Assembly (NCBI RefSeq): GCF_964204645.1
Contig: NC_134028.1
Span: 27,090,345 to 27,154,344, forward strand
Source: Tubulanus polymorphus
Taxonomy: Eukaryota; Animalia; Nemertea
Length of the DNA stretch: 64,000 nt
Reading direction: 5' to 3'
Shown here: positions 41,146 through 52,370 of the stretch, in pieces
Position numbering within the stretch: the first letter of the stretch is position 1
Layout: every line of letters begins with the position of its first letter
Notes under the pieces: model-generated
Database searches by the model: none
What the model was told of the DNA's origin: nothing
Seen by the model: only the letters and a program-made list of their open reading frames with translations
Position numbers and translations under genes: made by a program

Positions 41146-43726
41146 TTACAATGAATTCTTATTATCTTCAGTGTTCAATACAGTAAGTTCATGTTTGGTT
41201 AGCTCAGCTGGTTGAACGGGTTCAGTCAGTTCGGTTAGCTCAGCTGTTTGAACGGGTTCAGTCAGTTCGGTTAGCTCAGCTGGTTGAACGGGTTCAGTCA
41301 GTTCAGTAGATTGTGGAAGCTGATTTGCTATGAAAGCGCCATTTGATTGTTTGCGCTGTTCAGTTTGTGGTAAACTATCGCACAGAACGCCGGTGATCTC
41401 TTCCTTCCCGTCCGCTGTCACCGATGTATTAATCGTCAATTTGAATATTCTCTGACTCGACAAATCGACGCCGTTCGGTAAATCAGGATCGACAACTCTC
41501 CACGTGCCGTTCATTTCAACCTCTTTAGATACGATCACTAATAATTCTTTGTCCTGACATTCGAGTTGCTCTTTCAGATACGACAGTAGTTCGGCTGGTT
41601 TACCGATTAATTCTGGAGAGTCTAGTTTAGAGTCAAGGTTGTAATAGACGCCCGAGATGTCTCTTAATGCGATCCAATGTTTACGGTGAATCGGAAATGT
41701 GAATATTCCCCATTTATACTCAGTAGGGATGTTCAGAATGAATCCATGTATGTTTTTCAGACATAAACAGCTAACATCCCTGAAATTAGAAAAAAGAGCA
41801 TTTTTACATTTCATCCAATTTTCTAAAAAAAAGATGAAATTCTTTAAAACTCAAAGATAACTCTTTAACTCAGAGATAGCTGTTTAACTCAGGTGTAGCT
41901 GTTTAACTCAGGTGTAGCTGTTTAACTCAGATGTAGCTGTTTAACTCAGATATAGCTGTTTAACTCAGATGTAGCTGTTTAACTCAGATATAGCTGTTTA
42001 ACTCAGATATAGCTGTTTAACTCAGATATAGCTGTTTAACTTAGATGTAGCTGTTTAACTCAGATGTAGCTGTTTAACTCAGATGTAGCTGTTTAACTCA
42101 GATATAGCTGTTTAACTCAGATATAGCTGTTTAACTCAGATGTAGCTGTTTAACTCAGATATAGCTGTTTAACTCAGATGTAGCTGTTTAACTCAGATAT
42201 AGCTATTTAACTCAGATATAGCTGTTTAACTCAGATATAGCTGTTTAACTCAGATGTAGCTGTTTAACTCAGATATAGCTGTTTAACTCAGATGTAGCTG
42301 TTTAACTCAGATATAGCTGTTTAACTCAGATATAGCTGTTTAACTTAGATATAGCTGTTTAACTCAGATGTAGCTGTTTAACTCAGATGTAGCTGTTTAA
42401 CTCAGATATAGCTGTTTAACTCAGATATAGCTGTTTAACTCAGATGTAGCTGTTTAACTCAGATATAGCTGTTTAACTCAGATGTAGCTGTTTAACTCAG
42501 ATATAGCTGTTTAACTCAGATATAGCTGTTTAACTCAGATATAGCTGTTTAACTCAGATATAGCTGTTTAACTTAGATATAGCTGTTTAACTCAGATGTA
42601 GCTGTTTAACTCAGATGTAGCTGTTTAACTCAGATATAGCTGTTTAACTCAGATATAGCTGTTTAACTCAGATGTAGCTGTTTAACTCAGATATAGCTGT
42701 TTAACTCAGATGTAGCTGTTTAACTCAGATATAGCTGTTTAACTCAGATGTAGCTGTTTAACTCAGATATAGCTGTTTAACTCAGATGTAGCTGTTTAAC
42801 TCAGATATAGCTGATTAACTCAGACGTAGCTGTTTAACTTCAATGTTTGTTGAATACTTTTTTGACCCTACATGAATTAATAATCCAATTTGGATATCGG
42901 TGTCAGTCAAATCTAGGTGAAATGTTGTCCAGTCTTCTGACAACTGCGGAGTCTACTAACTGTCACTTACTTCCTCTTATCGAACCAAATCGCTTCCGAA
43001 TCTTTAAGTTGAACTGCTGACATTAAAACATTGACGTCATAATTTCCAAAACCGAACATACTCTTGTGTGGATTAATCATACTGGCCGGGGATAAACTAC
43101 AAACATTGAGATACAATCGTTACAACAACAGATATAGGTAACAGGTGCAGATCCTGGCCGTACTTCTGGATCCGCCCCTGTGTAACTGGATTTAGGTGAG
43201 TTGAAAAATTAGTTAATTTTCAATTTCTGAACTCTGCAACCAAATATCAACGCATAAGAGAACAGTGAAACCTTAAAAACCTCATTTTAAATATGAGATG
43301 ATCAATTAGTGCCTAAAAACGCATGAAAATAAAAGGTTAATATTTTCAGAATTTTCTGGGCTATGACCAGCAGAGGAACCCCTCCGGAAATTTTGGATCC
43401 GCGTGTGTGTAACTGGATTCAGGTGAGTTGAAAAATTAATTAATTTTCAAATATCAACGCATAAGAGAACAGTGAAACCTTAAAGAGATACTAACATACC
43501 TGTAGCATATAGAATCAAGTTGTTTCTTGGAAAAAGCTTTCGAATCCTGATAAAGGTTATTAAGTGCATGTAAAGCACACATTTCCTTCGATTGTTTCTC
43601 ATGATAGATGTGAGATACAGACTCTTCACTGCAGCTGCTGCTGCTGCATACTTTATTCACATTGTGACCTTTAATACAAGCCATAGCACCTGTACCTGGT
43701 CCTCCGAACCATCCACACCAACTCAT
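41146..43726 (-). CDS. JOSD1: Josephin-domain deubiquitinase (JOSD1/2-like), 3 coding exons (43500-43726, 42971-43096, 41146-41779), with an extended repetitive C-terminus
   Basis: [18 protein letters not shown] (catalytic Cys), GNYDVNV, WFDKRK, HWIAL (His) and YYNLDSKL (Asp). The start may be the second Met at 43684. JOSD1 versus JOSD2 orthology is not resolvable here. Confidence 0.93.
41862..42840. repeat. 19-bp tandem repeat (TAGCTGTTTAACTCAGATR), about 51 copies, in the Josephin intron
   Basis: Directly visible periodicity. Confidence 0.97.
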
Positions 43727-45755
43727 TAATAAATTAAACTACTGACCACAGTATGTCGGAGACGTGATGCTTGTATCTGAAAATAATAATCACAAGATCG
43801 TATCAGTCCTCTACTACTCGCGTACATACAGCTGACCTGCACCCCTGACCTAAAGGGCCCGCCTAGCACTAAGTCTCAGACCAGATACTCATATTTCGCG
43901 CACACCTGAAAACTGTATCAACAATACGTTGAAGAAGCACGAACGACGGACGGGAGAGAGGCTGCCTGCAGTCGATAATTAATCGCAAAAAAATCGATCC
44001 CAAAAAGACCCGGGGCTAATTTCTCCGAGCCCAATATAGTCTTTACTCACCCGGTATATCACATTCATTAATTCATCGAGATTCACTATTAGCCTATGTC
44101 AATTTAACCATTCTGATTTATTTATTTTCGCTTCCGCGTTAAAGACGTCATCAAAACTGTGAAGTCATGCTGCGTATCGAAATAAAACTACGATTAACCG
44201 TGCAAATAAATGAAGGTTTGCTCCGATAATAGGGGGATAGATACAACCAGACTAACGCCTCCCTTAGACTGAAGAATTGGCCGCTGGTCATAGGCGTGAA
44301 AACTGTAGCGTTAAAGTAAATGATGACTGGAATTATAGGATTTTATACAGTTCACTACAAAGAATTGAACACATATGATCTGATGAAATCAACAAATCTA
44401 TATTAAATATCACACCCGTTTTCTGTTTACCAAAAGCTCTGATTTTTGGTGTAGTGTCAGGCTCCGTCACTAAAAATGATGCACCTCTAACCATTCTTTA
44501 CCAGAGGACGAGTCTAGTTCTATAAGACCGAGTCTGACCGCGGAATTTCGAGCGGAAATCGATAGCAACTTCAAAAACCTGGATCGTTCCGGGGCTCAAG
44601 AGCCGAAATTCTTACGGGCCCGTGTCAGGGCGATATCCTGAGCTAGTAGACAGTCCAGCATAGGATCACTCATTAGGACAATAAACGAGTTCTCAACTCA
44701 GTCGAAACTGTCTCCATCTGCCGCAACTCTCGAGTCGTCGCTGCTTCGGTGCAGGCAGCTGGTCGCAGGAAGGTTTTCAGGTGGTCCTTTCCTCCGAATC
44801 GCTCGAGGCAACGATCAGCCGGGCAAATGGTGCGCCACTCGCAGAGCCTTGTAGTATTTCCTTCGGTGATATCCCGGGTTGCTGGTGTCAGTCGGGGCGT
44901 CCTCCGGCCGTGCTGGTTTTCTCAACTGATCCCTCGTGTGTTGTTATCACAAGTGTCAGTGAAGGAATAGCTTACACGTATTCAGCGGTACGTTAGCGGT
45001 CTGTAGATACAGACATTGTTGATTAATAAGATAAGTGTTCACAATTTCTTTTCAGGTCCCGTAAAAGAACAACTGTCAAACTGTCATTATGCCTAAAAAG
45101 TGACCCTCATAGTTTCAGTTTTTATTTTCTTTTATTTGATCCTTAATATTGCTGGCACCTAATTTTTTGGAGCGAGTGATGCGTGAAAGTGTGATGGGGT
45201 GCCGTGGCATTAACATGTCATTAACCTTATCAGGTTTCCTCTTCATGCGTGCCTCCATCTTGAATAATTCATGGTAAATGAATCAAATAACTAGAAAGAT
45301 GACGACTTAAATTGTGATGCTTGATTCGTCAAGTTGTAAATTCTCCAGCTGAATTTCATTATCACTCAATTCTAAATGTTGAAATAAACAGATTTAAGAA
45401 TGTGTGATGTTTAACCATCGTCCTCCAAATGAATATATCTTTCAATTTTCTGCTCTCGGTCGCCGTCCATTTTCCTCGATCGGGCACCTCATTAAATCAT
45501 CTGTCGTATCAATTCTCAAAATCGAGTCCAGAACTATCGATCATGGATTTGGTAAGTCGTAAAGAGATGACCAACAAATGTAAGTTTCTGATGATGAAAG
45601 TGTCAGATTGCAGAGAAAGTAAAGTTTATTTGTGCCCAAAAACTACAGTTTTTCTATGAGCAAAGAAAAATCTAAACGATAGATTTTCACAATTCAGAGG
45701 TGAAATTGTAAAGATCTTGAAGAAAAATATGTGAAATGTAGATAAACTGATACTT

Positions 45756-47055
45756 TTAGTCGTGTCCACAGTTATTTTCGGTAAATCCGTCTTTTATCGC
45801 GTCCATCCACTTACAAGACATATCCTCAATATCTGCAGCACCATCGAATCCTATCATAAAAACAAAGACAAACGTGAAAACTATAGTAAAAGGCGAAATC
45901 AGGCGAGATTTGATGAAAAATCTCGAATCTAATCAACAAAATCTAAGATGGCCGCTTGCGAGTGAAATAAGTTTTAAAAATCCCACTCGTAGTAGAAATT
46001 ATTGTAAATCTATGCGGATCCTCGCCTGCCACAGTAGACAACGCGGACTCCTCGTAAAGTTTGATTTTTATCTGAACATATGCTTACCTAGTTTATCTGC
46101 GTAGTCCTTCATTACCTCGAATTTACACTCATCATCTTCACACGTGGAATCATGACCACATTTTGCATCCAACCAATCATCATAGAACAAACTGGCAGCA
46201 GTTTTACATTCAGTCAATGCACTTCCTGTCAATGGGCTTTTTCGCGTAGAATTACAATAGAGGGCGCCAGTTACACATTTATTACAGTCGACCATATCAT
46301 CGTTTTCACAGTCCGCAGCTGTACACTGGTCCAGTTCTTGTGTGAATAATAGATTATATTCGTCAGAATACGTGGTTTTCGCCAGTGTAGAACAACCTTC
46401 TGAAACTATATTCATGAAGTACAAATAATTAAATACAATACGTATTATTCTCCATTAACACGTTATCTGTTTTTTTCGTGTCGATGCAGATATGTCATTA
46501 TTTTGCTTCGAATCAGAATGTGCGACCTGGCATGGCTGAGATGCCCTTTACATTTTGAATCCCGCCCGAAGTCTTAGTTTCCCCCCTTTTAAGTTTACCG
46601 GTTTTCACCGAAAAACAGAGGTTCATTGATCAATTTATAGAACTTATTTCATTTTTCTTATTTCGGGTTTTTCCATCTTGGTTTTCCTAATAAACCCACA
46701 ACGCTTAATTAAAATGACAATAATAATAATAATCATATAATTGTATCACCCTGAAAACTAAATTATACATCATAATGTAAATTTTCGCCCAGTGCTCGAA
46801 GTGATCGTATCCACAAGGCGCGATCTGCGACGATCTACGACGATTCTGTTCAGTGCCACGCCGATACAGGTTCTTTATTGACAAGTTACACAAATAAAAG
46901 TTGAAAAACCAGATGATTTGTGTATAAGCCCTCAACTCTCTGTGCTTATCGTGTGACCATAATAGTACTTTGAGTAAATGAAATGATAACCTACCTTGTA
47001 TTTCATTAAGGAATACCGACAACATACAAACAACAACGAGATACGCGATGTTCAT
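45756..47055 (-). CDS. Secreted acidic cysteine-rich protein, copy A (~155 aa, 12 mature Cys); exons 46995-47055, 46088-46399, 45756-45850
   Basis: Signal-peptide exon MNIAYLVVVCMLSVFLNEIQ and phase-1 GT-AG introns. The spliced frame ..GCSTLAKTTYSD...KDYADKLGFDGAADIEDMSCKWMDAIKDGFTENNCGHD* is intact, and paralog B has the same structure. Confidence 0.85.
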
Positions 47056-49059
47056 CGTGAATAAAGAAAAGCGAGTTCACAAGGAGCTTAACGAGACGTG
47101 TTGGCTTGCAGCAAAGTGAATCATGAAGTGAATGGTGGGTCGTGATTATATCAGAAGAACATTATTCCCGTGCCTCGGAACAGGTGGATGATATCTATAT
47201 TTTGATTCATAAAATGACACATTGTCAATAATTAACGGCGACAATGCATTTTAGACTGATGTGAAAGTTAACTTATCGTGGACTTACATTACATGCGATA
47301 TTTACTCTTCTACTCAGAGTATCATGATGCATTCGACTGATAAAACTAGGGGCGGATCCAGCGGCTACTGTTGACGGGGAGCTCAACTTATAAAAAAGCG
47401 CATAATCTCCGACAATCTATACGGAAGTCCTGGTGCAAAGTGCTTTCTAGAAAATATTCTGTATTGAGAAGTAGTTTCCTGGCAATAAAGGTGAAATCCC
47501 GAAGAATGGCGTGCCTTTTTTGTTTGAAAATATCTCCTCTTGTGCCTTTTACTACTTTTGGAATTGATAGGGACGATTAAATCTACCCTTTTTACTTTGG
47601 GGATGAAAGAAAATGAAACAAGGGCCCGAAATTCGGTAGCACGTGCCCGAAACTCGGTAGCACGTGCCCTGATGGCAGCATCCTAAATCCTACTAGACCA
47701 TTGCAACTTCTTTGACAGAATAATTCGAGCCGGGTTTCTTAGCCCTCGTTCTAGTGGAATAGCAACAGAGGTTAATCGAACTAACTGCGGTCATTGGATA
47801 TTCTATTCGTATCATTTGCACAGATATTTTACAAATTAAATTTCGCTCTAAGATTGTTGAATTTATTGCGCGTTAGAATGAAATGCAGCGTCATTTTGTT
47901 TTCTTCAAATGGACGACGCATGAATATTGGTTGATACACTTTCCTGTGGATGAAGCGTTTATTCGAAAACAATAAGGAAGAGACTTGAATCTGATAATAT
48001 CATTGATATTGAGCGTGCGTGTAGATATCAAAACCATACGTTAGTTGGAAAATTGCTGACAAAAATTAAGTTGTCAGCGGAGAATTAACCTGTCAGATCG
48101 CATACAAACCACCTGTTTTCATACTATATCGACTTGTAGTGATTAACATGAGATGCTACATGTTTCATGTCATTAAACTTATTTCGCATTGCTACAAATC
48201 GAATCAATCCGCTTTAGTTAGATTCTTGGCAATTAAATCTGATTAGAATCTTGAAATCAGAGAAGATATTGTTATGCCAAGTGAAAAGAACGTGATTGAC
48301 AACCATATCACCGCCGCGCAGACCGCCAGATTGATTTCCAAACTTAAGAAGCCGCTTCAGGATCCGTAATATCAAAATATAACTACGAAACGAACAGGAG
48401 AAGCAGAATACAGTTGGAAGCTGATTTGCTGAAAAACCAGTTCTCTCCAAAATAATTCACCAGTAGCGAAAGAAATATGATATACAACAACAGAGACCGT
48501 CTTCTAAAAAAACGACACTTTTCACCTTGCGGGTTGAAAACGTAAGAACGTATTGCTATTTTGATATTATATTCAGCATATCTGGCAAATAAGGCCCTGT
48601 TCAAAGTCGAATCCATTAATATTCGCGACTACATTAGAACCGGTTTGTATCATAGGTTCTGTTTGTCGGCATTCGCATCAGAGTATAAAAAACCTAGTCA
48701 CTTTTCACCGGTCAATGGATTCTGTTTCGCATAAAACCCAGCTATTGATTTCCTCCGGATTACACAATCTAAAATTATTTTCTGTTCTGATGTCCGTAAG
48801 ACATCAGTCGTATCAGTTCTCAAAATCGAGTCCAGAACTATGAATTATGGATTTGGTAAGTCGTAAAGAGATGAACAACAAATGTATGTTTCTGATGATG
48901 AAAGTGTCAGATTGCAGAGAAAGTAAAGTTTATTTGTGCCCAAAAACTACAGTTTTTCTATAAGCAAAGAAAAATCTAAACGATAGATTTTCACAATTCA
49001 GAGGTGAAATTGTAAAGATCTTGAAGAAAAATATGTGAAATGTAGATAAACTGATACTT

Positions 49060-50092
49060 TTAGTCGTGTCCACAGTTATTTTCGGTAAATCCGTCTTTTA
49101 TCGCGTCCATCCACTTACAAGACATATCCTCAATATCTGCAGCACCATCGAATCCTATCATAAAAACAAAGACAAACGTGAAAACTATAGTAAAAGGCGA
49201 AATCAGGCGAGATTTGATGAAAAATCTCGAATCTAATCAACAAAATCTAAGATGGCCGCTTGCGAGTGAAATAAGTTTTAAAAATCCCACTCGTAGTAGA
49301 AATTATTGTAAATCTATGCGGATCCTCGCCTGCCACAGTAGACAACGCGGACTCCTCGTAAAGTTTGATTTTTATCTGAACATATGCTTACCTAGTTTAT
49401 CTGCGTAGTCCTTCATTACATCGAATTTACACTGATCAGCTTCACACGTGGAATCATGACCACAGTTTGCATCCAACCAATCATCATAGAACAAACTGGC
49501 AGCAGTTTCACATTCAGTCAATGCACTTCCTGTCAATGGGCTTTTTCGCGTAGAATTACAATAGCGGGCGCCAGTTACACATTTATAGCACTCCGATATA
49601 TCATCCTCATCACATTTCCCCGCATCTACACACCTTCTTCTTTCTTCCTCGAATTGTTTTTCTGAATTATCGGTATACGTGGTTTTCCCAAGTCTAGAAC
49701 AACTTTCTGAAACTATATTCACAAACAGCAGACATCATAGATCGTGTTAGTATACTGAAGAATATTTAGATAATGTGTGGGTACTTGTGTCATTATACTG
49801 CATCGAATCAAACTTGACGTGGCTGCTACATATTATATCAGAGAAATGTCCTTCCTTTACTCGTTGACGCCCAGCGCCATCAAACTTTCCTTAGACTGTC
49901 CCTGCTATTATTCGTATGGTTGGTATTGATGTTACGATGATACATTTATCATTTTCCTCCAGATTTTAAAGGGGTAAGTAAGCGAATCAAATTACAAGAT
50001 TAAGAGGGAGATTAAGGAAGTGATGACTTACCTTTAGTTCCATTCAGAAATACAAGTGTAAGACTAACAGCAACAAAATACTTAATGTTCAT
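49060..50092 (-). CDS. Secreted cysteine-rich protein, copy B; exons 50032-50092, 49392-49706, 49060-49154
   Basis: Signal exon MNIKYFVAVSLTLVFLNGTK. The 12-Cys framework matches copy A, and exon 3 is identical to copy A at an offset of 3304 bp. Confidence 0.85.
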
Positions 50093-50376
50093 TTTGAATA
50101 ACGAGCTGAACCACGAAGCTTGTGAAGGTTTGGGTGAATCATGATATCAGCAGCAGTGGGCCGTGATTATATGGCAAAATCGTTTCCACTTTTCTAAACA
50201 GGTGGATACTTAAGGGTTGATGCTTCTCAAACGGTGCATCGTCGAAAATTCGATTTTACCAGCGGGTGCTCTGTTGTGAGGAAAGTAGTGACGTGTCGAT
50301 CGTTTAAAATGTGAAGGTTCTATAGATATCTATTAAACTTTTCTTTTTGTAACAACCTGAAAATTTAGACCGAGAA

Positions 50377-50724
50377 GTTTCACCGAGGTGCTCGAGAGGT
50401 TTCACTGAGGTGCTCTAGAGGTTTCACTGAGGTGCTCTAGAGGTTTCACTGAGGTGCTCAAGAGGTTTCACTGAGGTGCTCTAGAGGTTTCACTGAGGAG
50501 CTCTAGAGGTTTCACTGAGGTGCTCTAGAGGTTTCACTGAGGAGCTCTAGAGGTTTCACTGAGGTGCGCTAGAGGTTTCACTGAGGTGCTCTAGAGGTTT
50601 CACCGAGGTGCTCTAGAGGTTTCACCGAGGTGCTCTAGAGGTTTCACCGAGGTGCTCTAGAGGTTTCACCGAGGTGCTCTAGAGGTTTCACCGAGGTGCT
50701 CTAGGGGTTTCACTGAGGTGCTCT
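50377..50724. repeat. 22-bp tandem repeat (GAGGTTTCACYGAGGTGCTCTA), about 15 copies
   Basis: Visible periodicity, about 290 bp upstream of the copy B ATG. Confidence 0.95.
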
Positions 50725-51083
50725 TGGACTGCGACGATCTGATAATGAATCAGATTAAGAATATTTAGTGTGCATGTAGATATAGAAACAGTCCGTTAGT
50801 CGGAAAATTGTTGAAACACACAACAATCGATAATCTATTTGATAGAAAACCATCTGCTCATCTTCAACATATACGTGAATATTATACACCCGATCCATAT
50901 ATATATAGAACTTTTACATTTAGATATCACGTGTTATTTGTTTCAATTGATTCATTTCTGCGCATTTGAATAATTTGTACCATTTTCGCTAACAATTAAT
51001 TCCTGCTGGGTCTGGTCAGAAGTTTAGAGACTCTAGTCTATATCAGACTACGTTATCATTGCCATCTGTCAATTTATTCTTTG

Positions 51084-51329
51084 TTAGATGCTCTTTTCGT
51101 CATCACATTTCGATGCTTCTTCACACTTTCTTCTTTCTTCTTCTAATAGTTTTTCTGAATCCTCGGTATACGGGGTTTTCCCAATTAAGTGTAGAACAAC
51201 TTTCTAAAACTATATTCACAAACAGCAGACATTATAAATACGTATACTGAAGAATATAAGAATATTTAGATAATGTGTGGGCACTTGTGTCATTATACTG
51301 CATCGAATCAAACTTGACGTGGCTGCTAC
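51084..51329 (-). pseudogene. Third, truncated copy of the Cys-rich gene (end of intron 1 plus 5' half of exon 2)
   Basis: Homologous to 49600-49830. A 4-nt insertion after SCSTL shifts the frame; the original frame reads GKTPYTEDSEKLLEEERRKCEEASKCDDEKSI*. No exon 1 or exon 3 was found beside it. Confidence 0.8.
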
Positions 51330-51514
51330 GTTTGTCTTTCGTTTTTGCCATCCAACCTCTACCGAGTGAGACAAGCCATCCAACCTCTACCGAGTGAGAC
51401 GAGCGGCCTGTACTGGATAAATAAACAATACGTGTTCAAAACAAATCAGTTTAAAGAACCTATTGATCAAAAAATCACAAAAGCCAAGGAGATGCCAAGA
51501 CCTCGCCGGCCCAA

Positions 51515-51711
51515 AATATGGCCACAACCCTAACCCTAGTTTACTTGTAACCCTAACCCTAGCTCGCTAGTAACCCTAACCCCAGATGGTCGTAACCCCA
51601 ACCCTAGCAGGATTCGAACTTACGACCTGCAGCCTGCCAGCCGTGAACGCTAACCACTAGACTACTAAACTATAGCGATTGAGCGAGTTTGTAAATACAA
51701 CTGGTCAGTGT
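51515..51711 (-). mobile_element. tRNA-derived element with telomere-type repeat/spacer tail, copy 2
   Basis: A-box TAGTCTAGTGG and B-box AGTTCGAATCC, followed by four ~15-nt CTAGGGTTAGGGTTA-type repeats separated by 7-8 nt spacers. Confidence 0.7.
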
Positions 51712-51839
51712 TGTGTCCGGTCAAGTGTGGTCGACACTAAACACCAAAGGAACCCTCTTATACGTGGTTTAAAGAAATATAGATATCCTAGATTCCACAC
51801 TCAGTACTCGGTATTTTTCAGCTTCTGGGAAGTTTTACT

Positions 51840-52370
51840 AAAATATATTCAGCAAATGCTTATATCTGTTGTAAACTTAGGTCATCTACTTACAGCTGTC
51901 ACAGTTGCGGACGAGCTCCCCCCTTAATATGTTTAGACTTGGCAGATTACTAAATCTTACTGACATTGATAAGTTTCTTACAGCGGCCTTTATGAATAAA
52001 CTAGTCCATCATCTAGTGTCCGATAACTTCATGTATTTATTGTCTTTTAAAAACGTGAGACAGGTAAGAATTCTACGCAATGCACAGGATCTCGATATAC
52101 CGTATTTTCGCACAACCCGTAGGTCTATCAATCCCTATTCTCCATAAGTATCTAGGTCATTCTCAATTAGTATCTCTGGTCCCTAAATCTCGAATAGCAT
52201 CCCACAATAGGTTGTCTGTTTCTTCCTTTAAATACCATTTTTAGTGTCACCTCCTTTCCTGTAATTGATGTATAATTCACTGGATATGTTTTAGCCCCCC
52301 GTAGAGACGGTCATTCTGTCTTAAACGCTTTGTAAATGATAACTAAAAAACCCATAATTTTCAACTTTTA
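51840..52370 (+). mobile_element. Degenerate 3' end of a CR1/L2-type non-LTR retrotransposon ORF2
   Basis: LLNLTDIDKFLTAAFMNKL...LRNAQDLDIPYFRT and a frameshifted SFSISISGP*ISNSIP match the typical C-terminal text of such ORF2 proteins (..TRN..D..P..RT....S....GP..WN.IP). Confidence 0.6.

Noticed and set aside
41862-42840. Possible CRISPR array
   Set aside because: The 19-mers are head-to-tail with no spacers, the context is a eukaryotic intron, and there are no cas genes. The same applies to the other minisatellites.
45874-46104. Identical plus-strand 76-aa ORFs here and at 49178-49408
   Set aside because: They are antisense to intron 2 of the duplicated Cys-rich genes. The identity reflects the homogenised tract, not coding constraint.
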